A stretch of 64,000 nt of DNA, taken from Podarcis erhardii. Lineage: Eukaryota. The stretch lies in the NCBI GenBank assembly GCA_964252035.1, contig OZ176210.1, one strand, 5' to 3'. Below are positions 50,986-61,640 of this stretch, piece after piece. The translations under genes were made by a program, and so were the position numbers. The notes beneath the pieces were generated by a model. It was not told where the DNA came from. It searched no databases and saw only the letters and a list, made by a program, of their open reading frames with translations. The stretch's first letter is position 1; the number at the start of each line of letters is the position of its first letter.

Positions 50986-51471
50986 TACTACACTCCTGCT
51001 GCAGTTATTTTAAAAGGCAACTTAACTTCACAGGGTTTCCTAATATATTTCTGTTTTACATGCTAACTATATTTAAAACCAAGCATTTGAGATTTCTTTT
51101 ACGTAGTATTTTTTTCTTAATTTCAAAGTATGTATTAAATTATTTGTATGGTGATGTGAACTCCCAGGCTGGAGCAGAGACTTGATGTTTATATGTATAC
51201 TGCCCTGAGACCTCTGGGTATAGGGCGGTATATAAATTCAATAACAAGGAGGAGGAGGTTGAAAAGTGGTGTTAGGATGGTCAGACTTAGCAAGAAGCAA
51301 ACTTTTTTTAAAAAAAGTCATAATGAAAAGGAGTGATAATAAAATATAATGGATAGAATACAATGGGGTTTGATCTCCTGATCAAACACATTCATCAAAG
51401 TATCTGGAAAAGGTAACTCTGGGTGATTCCTTTTGCTCTGTGCCCCCTCCTCATCTGTGCAAGAGAGTTAG

Positions 51472-51972
51472 AGATGCAAGTAATGGACTACATGGAATTG
51501 GCGGAAATGACTGGCAGAATCCGAGACCAGGGAGAAGAGTTGATGGAAGAAGATTGGAAGAAATTTAAAATCTATCTACAGAAACACTGTAAAATTATCA
51601 AATATTAATGACGTTGGAATGCAACAAAGTGCTTCTAGTAATTAGGCAAAACAAGAATATGTAAGAATGGATTGATATTAGACGAAAATTTGAAGTTATA
51701 ATAGACAATTAAGGGTAAACAAAGAGGGTATGGATTTGCTGAACAAATTACTAAATGGAATACAAAAAAGGGAGGTGTGAGGAAGTCATGAAAATAAGTA
51801 AATGAGTGGTAAGATATTAGAAAGAGGGATTTATTTATTTTTTAATTGTGTGTATATTTTTTTCTTTTTCCTTTTTATGTTGTGTTTGGTTTTTGTATTT
51901 TTTGTGTTTCCTTTTACTGTTTTGTAACCTTTTTCTTGCTGAAAACTTAATAAATATTATTTTTTTAAAAAA
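51472..51972 (+). mobile_element. L1-clade LINE 3' end, 5'-truncated
   Basis: 19-bp TSD atctgtgcaagagagttag at 51453-51471 and 51973-51991; ORF2 C-terminus MDYMELAEMTG...EDWKKFKIYL; T-rich 3'UTR, AATAAA and an A tail. Confidence 0.85.
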
Positions 51973-53569
51973 ATCTGTGCAAGAGAGTTAGGGGGGTGCT
52001 TGGGAAAGAAGAATTATCCCAAACTCCCTTTCCTGCTTCCGCTGATGGATGTGTTCCATCAGTGAAGCAACACCAACTGGATTCTATCTAGTATACATAA
52101 CTAAACATAAAAAGCAATGAAGAAAAGGAAGCCCACATGGACTGCAGCTAAAAATATGCATGCACATGAACCCCTCAAAATCAAAAGCTCTACTGAGGCA
52201 GCAAAGTTTGTTATGTGGGTCTTTTGTGTCCTGAGTGTGAAATCGCACCAGGCCATTCAGGATCCTTGCCAAAGAACAATTGGCGCTGGAAGTAATATAG
52301 AACTAATATGTCCAGCTCTTTAGACAATTTGTGTCAAAGTTAACAATTACCTTCTGCTGCCTTGTAGTGACACCTAATTCAGAAGTGTCTTTGATAAGTG
52401 GCTGAGGATATTGGGCTGGAGAGGCAGCCTACATGCCTTTGGTGAGAGAAATAAAGAGGAACTTTTGAGGCTTGAGTGGGAATAAAGCCCAAGTAATCCT
52501 TTCCAAACCCCAGAGGAAGTGCTTTAAAATGAAATTCTGTTCCTGCTGACCTGCTTGCAGTGCAGTTCACATATGTTTATGTACATGCGTGCAATCTTGT
52601 TTCTTTCGCCTTCTCATAAGAGGGACATTTTCCAGTATGTGACCTTTCTATTACTTAAGTGAGTGAATCAAAAATAGGTACTTGAAAACATAATCTCTGC
52701 CTTATTTCTTCATATAAATACAACAGATGCTTAAAATGCAAACCCCTTCTGTGTGTCTGTTTATAAGGCCTGAAGTTACTTTTGTTTTATTTCAGCCAAA
52801 TGGCCAAAAGGCTGCCAGCAGTATGTCTGGAATGTTATTTACTTGGTACATTTCTAGGCTCTTTCTTTGTAGCATTGCATACACCACAGCTAGGGGTCAT
52901 TTACTTAAAAATGACCAATGCAGTACCCCCAAGCTGCACAGTTATTCTTCTCAATGGGGGCTTTGTAATAAAAGGGAGTGTCTCATTATGTACTGTAGCT
53001 TCTGTGCTCCCCCCCCCCCACTGCCTTTTTCGTTCTTAATAATTTGATTTGGTTTGGGTGGAGGTTTGGGGAGGTGCTGTTTATTCTTGCTCTTTGTTCT
53101 TTCTGACTCTCTTTCTTTGCTAGGGCTTCAGTGTCTTGTGGTATCTTTTGTGATACTAGCTGACATAACTCCATTTGACCTGCTTTTCTGAATTTTCATT
53201 TTAAGACGCTTACTTATAAATGTGCAAGTGTGTTTTTCCTCCAGCAGAAACCACTCTTTTAAAAACACGGCTCTGCAGACAGATCCAGACAGATAAACTT
53301 CTTTCAAGAGAAGTGTGGGTGTTCATACATTTTTGAGGGAAGGGTTGGGCTGCATAATAGAGGTTCTTTGGAACATGGATTAGTACATCTTGAAACTGTC
53401 TTCAGGCCATATCTGCACTTTACACACATGGGAAGAAGACTTTACCTTTTCAGTTATGGCATAATCAAGGTGTGGCCCTTGATATGCCATGCCCCCTTTA
53501 GCTATATTGTTTTTGAGCTGACCTGTGCAGTGGGTTACATCAAACTAGAGGGACAGCTTTGTAAAACGT

Positions 53570-54230
53570 AAGAGCCAGGATGGTTAGAGTGTTGGACTAG
53601 GATCTGGGAGACCAGGTGTCACAGTCCAGTCTATGGGTGATCGAAGTCCCCGGCTGGGGACGTCAGGACCGGGGGCAGGATGGCGGGGTGGGAGCAGGAA
53701 CGAGAGTCCAGAAGCCAGGGGTCCGAGGGTCAGGAAGCAAGGAGTCACGAAGTCGAAGGTCTGAGGGACGAGAAGCAGGGAGTCAGGAAGCCGAGGTCCG
53801 AGGATCAGGAAGCAAGAAGCCAAATGCAGCAAGGCAGGAAACGTGTTGCTGTGGCAAAGAAATGCTGACCTTATATCCCTTCCCGGCTCTTGCCACCAGG
53901 TGCAGTGAGTTACCAAGTGGCCTCACCTGTGCGGCCATGCCTTGCCTCTCCAGAACAAACTTAGGAAGGCCCCAGTCCTGCGAAGCCCTACTGGTCACAG
54001 GGCCTGGCTGCTGCATGCACTCCTGACACCAGGGTTCAATCCCCCTTCAGCCATGAAGCCTACTGGGTGACCTTGGGCCAGTCACTGCCTCTCTCAGCCT
54101 AACCTACCTCACAGGTTTGCTGTAGGAATTAAATGGGGGGGGTGGGGAGAACAATGTATGCCTCCTAGAACTCTTTGGACAAAAAGGTGGGGGGGAATGC
54201 AATAAAATAAATAATAAAACATAGCTAGGT
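53570..54230 (+). mobile_element. tRNA-derived SINE (Squam3/MIR-like) split by a solo LTR
   Basis: ggttagagtgttggactaggatctgggagacca-[insert]-gggttcaatcccc...cagcctaacctacctcacagg; related copies at about 11455-11600 (+), 24400-24605 (-), 54490-54620 (-) and 62520-62660 (-). Confidence 0.75.
53617..54028 (-). mobile_element. Solo LTR (Gypsy/ERV-type), 412 bp
   Basis: TGTCA...TGACA termini; 5-bp TSD ccagg at 53612-53616 and 54029-54033; TATA-like gggatataagg on the minus strand near 53870. Confidence 0.8.
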
Positions 54231-55775
54231 GAAGAAGCAGCTACTTGATGTAAGATGCCACTCAGTAAGTTACATTTGAGAAGCAGAAACCATGTGTCCT
54301 GTGTTATCGGAATTCCTTTAGTTAAAATGTCATAATGGCAGGGCATATGACTTCCATTTTGACTGCTGAATGTGTTTAGCTGTATTCAGGAAGGTGGCCG
54401 TCATGCTGCCTGACTACCAGTGGAGAAGAAGTTGAGAAAAACTTCGGGATGGGAATAAAACTTACAAAAGAACACCATGTCATACACAAGCTTATGAAAT
54501 TTTATTCTCGTAACAACCTTTTGAGGCAGTGTAGGTAAGAGATAGTGGCTTCTACCACCCTGTGACCTTAACTGATGTGCAGGTGTTTTAACCCAGATCT
54601 TCCTGGCCCATGTCCATCACTCTTCAGATTTTTACTTCACGTGTTCTCCCAGATTGCAAGACAATAAAATTTTATCAATAAGCAATCAATGGATCAAATA
54701 CATATAATGTGGGAGGGGAGGTTATTGGTTTATTTTTGTTTTATTATGTATTTTGTATTCTCATTTTTGTATGTGAACCAACTTGTGATCTTGGGATAGA
54801 AGGCTGTATACAAATTTAATAAATGATAACAATAATGCAACCATATATCAGTATATCATAGAAGCAATAAAATTACATGTTTCCTTCAAATTTTCTTGTA
54901 AGCTTGTCAAAAAAGAAGAAGCTTTTATAGTTGTTTCACTATAGCTCAGCAAAGATGTGCTCTGTATGTTCTTGTGGTAACCTAGTGATTAATTTCCTGC
55001 TCTGCGTCTGTTAGGATGTTGGGGAAGGAGTTTATTAAGTGAACTCTTGTGCAAAGCTTGTGTTAGCTTTGTACTATGAAACTTCCTTGTAGTTTCAGTC
55101 CAATTTGCAGTTGTTCTTCACGGGGAAGTGCAATCCAGAGTTTTGGGGCCACTTCGGAAAAGAACCTGCTCTGTCTTGCAGCTGGGAGAACACAAGACAG
55201 ATTAAGGTCAACCTTACTTTATGAAATATTTTGGCTTATCTCCAGCCCTGACTTGTGAATTGAAGAATTATAGCACTCTGCTAGTCCTGGTTTTGTATTG
55301 AAAATTTTGCTGGTGTGGTTTCAGTCAAGAACTGCATTTTCAATCATTTTCATGTGAGCAAAGAAGATCTGCCATGCGTGCAACTTTAATGAAATAATCC
55401 CATTGTAGAATAAATGTACTAATTAAAATAAGCAAGAGTTATATAACATTGACTAGGTGGTGTTTGGAAATAACATCCTGGGTAGGAACAACCTATAAAT
55501 AATGCAACAAATTTTAGTTGTTTTTTCCTGAAGATTTATCTGCCCTTTACACCCCAAATCCTGCAAATTTTGTAAATAATTCCAGAAGTGCACTCACCAT
55601 TCAGTTGTCTTCGAGGGAAATGTTACACCAGCAATTTGGTCCTGCTTTTAAGTGTTGCATTTAATTAGTAAGATTTTAAAAGAATCTGAAATGTATTTCA
55701 GGGCGTGAAAAAAGTCCATGGTTTACAAATTCCAGCTAGCTATATTATTTATTCAACTCCATATAATGCCTTGTA

Positions 55776-56897
55776 CAGTGGTGCCCCGCAAGACGAATGC
55801 CTCGCTAAACGAAAAACCCGCAAGACGAAAGGGTTTTCCGATTTTTTAGCGGCTTCACAAGACGAATTTCCCTATGGGCTTGCTTCGCAAGATGAAAGCC
55901 CATAGGGAAATCTCCGGGGACAGCGGGGAAGCGCAGCACGCCTTCTCCTTTGTTCCCGGACCTGTCCTGAAGGCTTGCGGTGGGAGGAGGGTTTTTCCTC
56001 CCCACCGCCAACATTCAGAAGGCTGTTCTGAAGGCTGGCGGTGGGAGGAAAAGCCCTTCTCCCCCGCCAGCCTTCAGAAGAGTTCCCCGCAGGGCTCTCC
56101 AAGCTGCGGATAGCAGCCTGCTGCCCCTATCTGCAGCTTGGAGAGCCCTGCGGGGAAGTCCTGCAGGGCTCCCCAAGCTGCAGATGTTTGCCCCGCGCGA
56201 GGGGCGCTCTGCTTCAGCAGCCCTGCAGGAACTCTTCTGAAGGCTGGCGGCGGGAGAAGGGCTTTTCTTCCCACCGCCAGCCTTCAGAAGAGTTCCCCGC
56301 AGGGCTCTCCAAGCTGCGGATAGCAGCCTGCTGCCCCTATCCGCAGCTTGGAGAGCCCTGCCTGGAAGTCCTGCAGGGCTCCCCAAGCTGCGATTGTCTG
56401 CCCCGCGCGAGGGGCGCTCTGAAGCAGAGCGCCCCTCGCGCGGGGCAGCAGGCTGCTATCCGCAGCTTGGAGAGCCCTGCGGGGAAGTCCTGCAGGGCTC
56501 CCCAAGCTGCAGATGTCTGCCCCGCGCGAGGGGCGCTCTGCTTCAGAGCGTCCCTCCCACCGGGCAGCAGGCTGCTATCCGCAGCCTAGGCAGCCCTGCA
56601 GGAACTCTTCTGAAGGCTGGCGGTGGGAGAAGGGCTTTTCTTCCCACTGCCAGCCTTCAGAAGGCTGTTCTGAAGGCTGGCGGTGGGGAGAAAAGTCCTC
56701 CTCCCCCCCCCCCGCCAGCCTTCAGAAGAGGTCCGGGGACAGACTGTCCCCGGACCTGGTCTGAAGGCGGTCTCCCTAGGAACGCATTAATTGATTTTCA
56801 ATGCATTCCTATGGGAAACCGTGCTTCGCAAGACAAAAAACTCGCAAGAAGAAAAAACTTGTGGAACGAATTAATTTCGTCTTGCGAGGCACCACTG
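55776..56897 (+). mobile_element. Long family-B-type non-autonomous DNA transposon (1122 bp) with GC-rich palindromic interior
   Basis: Family B TIRs and subterminal motifs at both ends, TA flanks; interior made of repeated hairpin modules, including a 210-bp direct-repeat period (56087 vs 56297). Confidence 0.88.
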
Positions 56898-58010
56898 TAT
56901 TAGATATTGGAAAGTGGCAAAGCAATGACTTCATTAGGCTACACAACTAAAGTGGCATGTTTAACAAAAATCCTCTGTGTTCACATACACATAACTGATC
57001 AGCCATCTTAGTAGGTCCTGATAGAAGCTGAAATGGGGAAGACTTGTTCATTGTTATTGGAACTGAGTTTTTTAAGAGAAGAAAAAAGTCACAGATGCAA
57101 CAATAAATGATATTAACTTAGTTGTAGGCAACCTTTCTGTATTTCAACTGCCATTTCCACGGTCCTCCTCAGATATTTTGCAGAATTGCCTATGACGTTT
57201 CTTTGGGTATCCAAAGTCTTAATCCCCCAAACCTGTATCATGCAAAAGGAGGCATTGGGTGGTTTATAGAAATGGCCATATTAATTTCATCATTCATTCA
57301 TTTTTCCTGTGGTGCTTTGCTATAGCTGCTCCCCTGCCCCAATTTCTGTAACATGTTAGAACAAAATCCATGTGCACTCAGGAGTTGACTCCTACTCTTG
57401 CATGTAGAATGCTGTACAGATCTAAGAACCCCCTCATCGACAACTGACAACAGACACCCCCTCAACACCAATGCCTATTTTAGCTTCATTAGGTGCTCAC
57501 TTTCCCACACTTTTTGTCCTAAAAGCTTAGAGTTTTCAACATTTACAATGTTCCCTTTTGAACGAGAGCCTTTCTCTCTCTTTTTTCTCTCTCTTTGTTT
57601 TCCCTGGTCGCTTTGATCATTTAGCCGAAAATACCTATGGTCTGTATTCACACCTGCCCTTCTTTTATTATCTTGGCTTAGGCATAAATGCTTCCACTGA
57701 AATAAATCAGCCTTGTAATTTGAAAAATATAAAACTTTGGTTTAAGTTACTTATTACAGGTAATAGCTGTTTGATGGTTGAATGTGAAACAAATGCTTGG
57801 CAGAATATTTAACTTGAATCTCTGCCAGAAAACAATAAAGTGCAACCTAATTCCTAAAAATGTCTGAGCTATAAACTAACTGTCATGACATAGCATGCAT
57901 ACAGTAATAACAGGCTGACAAGGCTAATAAAGTCTACATATTGCTATAGCCAGGCAATGCATGCTGTAACAGGTTCATAATGTATTTTGTCCTTCATTCA
58001 TATTATGCAG

Positions 58011-58200
58011 CCCACACATCATCTTCATGTCACAGAGCACATTATCTGGAGGGAGCCATCTCTGTGGAACACGCCTGTGCCATGAAATTGCTCATGCCTG
58101 GTTTGGCTTGGCTATTGGTGCACGTGACTGGACTGAAGAGTGGCTAAGTGAAGGATTTGCCACTCACCTAGAAGATACATTTTGGTCAGCCGCACAACAG
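58011..58200 (+). CDS. AOPEP: Aminopeptidase O, coding exon 5 (190 nt), zinc-binding HEXXH-X18-E motif
   Basis: Acceptor ...tattatgcAG; encodes (S)PHIIFMSQSTLSGGSHLCGTRLCHEIAHAWFGLAIGARDWTEEWLSEGFATHLED; HEIAH at 58081-58095, third ligand Glu at 58150-58152; donor CAG|GTATGG. Confidence 0.97.
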
Positions 58201-59828
58201 GTATGGCTCGAATAGTCGTTTTCATAATGTAGAAATAAGGATAACCTTCAGTTTACACATTTACAAAAAGAGCAAATAGACTCCCTGTTTAAGGATATAA
58301 GTATTGCTATACTGGATCAGAACAAACATTTATCTAGTCCAGCACTGTGACTATTTCTGACAGCAGCTGTCCAGACCCCAGGGAATTTCACTAATAGGGT
58401 AGTAAGGATAACCTTATGCCCTTGGAATCTAGTAAACAGAGGTATACTGCTTCTGAGCAGAAGGAATCTGTTTGCAACTGTCTTAGGTAATGTCTTATCT
58501 AATCTCCTTAAATTTATCATGCCCTTGGCCATGAGCTTGGCTTGATTAACTTCCATATGCAGAGAAATCTGTTAGATGGAACTGTAATTGGTGGTACCTG
58601 AAATAATTTGCAACACTATCAGATGTTTCTGTTCTCCCTTTTATCTCTAATGCATTGGTAATGTTGTTGTCATGCACTAATTTGGCTATGTAGATGCATC
58701 CTGGCAGGTGAAGTATAAATAAAGGTGTGAAAACATTCTTTATCATAAGTAGAAAATCAGTTGTTCACTGATGAACTGGTAAATTGGTATATAATTCATT
58801 CTTCAAGACAACACTGTAATTATTCTTGTGGGTTGTGGGACAGGTATGTTATCAAAGAGAAGGCAGAAAGATTTGGGGCAAAAAAATATTCTGACTTTCA
58901 AGGTTGTGACTAGCAGTATTATTATACTGAAATAATATGTCAGCTGTCTTAACTGAATATTCAGTTAATTTTTTCCAGTCTGGTGTTCATATTCTTTAAC
59001 ATGTTATGTAGGAGTAGGAGAACAACACTTCATAGTGTGGGAACATGTATGGCTGCCCTATACTGACAGACCATTGATCTGCCTAGCTCCTTGTTAACGG
59101 TGCAGGCCTGTGCAGGCAAGGACTCCAATGTTTAACTCAGTATTTAATCAATTTATTTGATTGATTGATTGATTAAAATATGTTATCATTAAAAATGTCT
59201 CACAGATTCATTGGACAGATTTTTCTTTAGACGGTGATTTCTAATACAAGAATATATGAGGTATGAAAATATAAGAGCAAGAACGCATTCCCCCTTCTTC
59301 CATTGCACATCATTGCACACGCAGGGTGTTTGCCTCTTTTAAGATGAGGCCTATGATGACCTGTGTGAATAATATAAAATCAAATAATTGGTGCTTCTCA
59401 CTTCAGCACTTATTTTCAAATTGAATTGGTTACTTAATGGATTAAATATCATAAGAATTAATTGACTAAGACGTCTTTAGCCAAATAACAGCTCCACTGA
59501 GAACCTTTTTTTGCACTCTGTTCAATGCTGGTGTAATTATGCTTTAAAGCTTTAGGTCATGGCCACCATCTTGCAGAAAAAAAACACAAATGGCAAAAAA
59601 CCCAGTGCCCAGTTCCACTGTTATATGCCTTTGACCTAGTGGTTCAACTCCCTCATTTGAGCCGTATGCCCCCATGCCATATAGAAGGTGAAGGGACCCT
59701 CTGAAGTAGCACCCACAGAAGTTCAAGGGGCTGGCACCGCAAGCAAATAATGTATTGATCCATGCTTAGAAGTGCTTTCCATTGCACACATACCATATAG
59801 TTCCTCTCTTCTACACAGAGTATGGATA

Positions 59829-59900
59829 AGGCCATAGCTCAGTGATAGAACAACCGCTTTGCATGCAGAAGGTCTCTGGTTCAACCCCTGGTGTATTTAA
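59829..59900 (+). mobile_element. tRNA-like SINE head
   Basis: ggccatagctcagtgatagaac...ttgcatgcagaaggtctctggttcaacccctgg: A and B boxes present, acceptor stem not formed. Confidence 0.55.
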
Positions 59901-60161
59901 TTGGGACTGGAATTGGTCCTTTAATTGCGCACCCTATGCTACCTGAAATTGTCTATGTTGGGGTCAGGAGATTTCCCAAAACAAAATATATAGTAATAAT
60001 CATTTGTATTGGTCATGGTAGTAGGAGATAGGTTAGGAGCCTGCTCTTGCCTCCTCTAAAGGATGACAGGGCTTTCTCTAAGCTGATGTGATTTCCATTA
60101 AAAACTACTGAGAAATTGAAGAAGCCTCTAACAATAAACTGAATATTTGTGTCCCAAGTAG

Positions 60162-60268
60162 CTGTCAGCTGATGAAGCAAAAGAGCAGCAAGATCTGAAA
60201 GCTGTACTGCGCTGGCAACGCCTTAGAGATGAGGTGCAGAATTCTGAAGGAGATCTGCAAGTGTTAAG
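60162..60268 (+). CDS. AOPEP: Aminopeptidase O, coding exon 6 (107 nt)
   Basis: Not in the supplied ORF track; read by hand as LSADEAKEQQDLKAVLRWQRLRDEVQNSEGDLQVLR, which resembles the AOPEP segment after the zinc exon as I recall it. Acceptor TAG at 60159-60161, donor AG|GTACAG at 60269; phase 0 in, 2 out. Confidence 0.92.
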
Positions 60269-61449
60269 GTACAGAAAAGGCTGCTCACTTACTGTTTCGT
60301 CTCTCCTTATCACATTTTCCCTCTCTAAAAGAAGGATATTGGAGTGTTCTGATTAAATTATTACATCTTCCAAAGGGTTTGTAAAGCAAATATTTAGAAT
60401 ATTTGTGTACCACAGTTTCATTAAAAAAAAATCACAGAGGTTTACAACACTTAAAATACAATACAAAAATTAAAACAGCTCACTATTACGGAAAAAGTTT
60501 TTCTTAAATTGTCTGCATAATCCTGGTGGCAAATAGAAGTATACAGCAAAGGTTAGAAAATTAGAACAGAAGGCGTCTGCTTAGCCCCGAATGGAAGAAG
60601 ACTCCACAGGAGTAGGCCAATAACACAGAAGGCTGGGTTAAGTGTTGCTGTCAGATGAACCTCACCAGCTGAAATGTAGAAAGAGAAGACTGGACAAAAT
60701 CAAATGAGTTGAGGTTGGAGAGAGGATAAGGAAAAACAACTTAGGTTGCAATCCTATGCACAGTCCCGAGAGTAAGCTTTACTGAATTCAGTGGAATGTA
60801 CTTCTGATTCAACATGCATAGGGTTGCACTTGACTTTTTAAAAATGAGGAGGAAGTCTTAAATATTGATTCCACTAAAAAATATTTTCTCAGAAATTACT
60901 GCTCAGTGGAACATATCCAAAGAAATGGTTGAGGGGCTAAGTTCTATGAAGTTGAAGGCACTGGGTATATTTAGGCTGAAGAAGATAAAATAAAAAATAA
61001 TTAAATAAGCTGTTTACTGAAGAAGAGATAATGTGATAGCCATTTTCAAATTTGTTTTAAGGCTGTCAGATAAGGGAGCAAATTTGTTTCTGCTTATCTC
61101 AGAGCAAGAGTGGGGCAGCCTGAAACCCAATAATTGCCTGCAGATTCCACCTCAGAGGGTGGGGAGCTCAGAGGTAGAAGTCAAGGTGGGTAGAAGTGGA
61201 ATGGGAGCAACCAAAACAGATGGACGAGAAAGTGGTACTCGTGATTAGTTCTCACTTCTGATATTTTCCTCCCGTGGCAACCTGCTGGTTGGATAGTAGG
61301 AGAAGTGGGTGATTCTGTCTGTTTCAGTGTCCAGCCTCACCCACTGCTGGCTTCAGCCCCACCCATCACTGGCATGGTGACAGGTTGCTCTGAAGGAATG
61401 GAGCCCTTGACAAAAAAAGAGAGAAAGGTTCCCCACCCCTGCCCTAGAG

Positions 61450-61640
61450 AATAGGACATGAACCCACAGGTTAAACTCAAAGGAGATTTCAGCTAAACAT
61501 TAGGGAGAACTTCCTGATACTGTGAGTTGACAGTGGGACAGACTGCCTCGGAAGGTGGTGAACTGTCCCTCTTTAGAGGTTTTCAAGCAGTCGCTGGATG
61601 GTTACCTCTGAGAAATGCTGCAGTAGCTAGAGCTAGGTGG
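61450..61640 (+). mobile_element. CR1 LINE ORF2 3' fragment
   Basis: ggagatttcagctaaacattagggagaacttcctga...ctctttagaggttttcaagcag...ctggatgg is the CR1 terminal coding motif. Confidence 0.7.

Noticed and set aside
53584-54026. Overlapping 110-136 aa ORFs
   Set aside because: They lie in a solo LTR with low-complexity purine repeats and show no protein-family motif.
55872-56903. Many overlapping 60-180 aa ORFs and a CpG-island-like promoter
   Set aside because: They arise from GC-rich palindromic repeats inside a TIR-bounded transposon. There are no transposase motifs and the translations are repetitive.
59829-59900. Functional tRNA gene
   Set aside because: The acceptor stem does not pair and the T-loop is degenerate; better explained as a SINE head.
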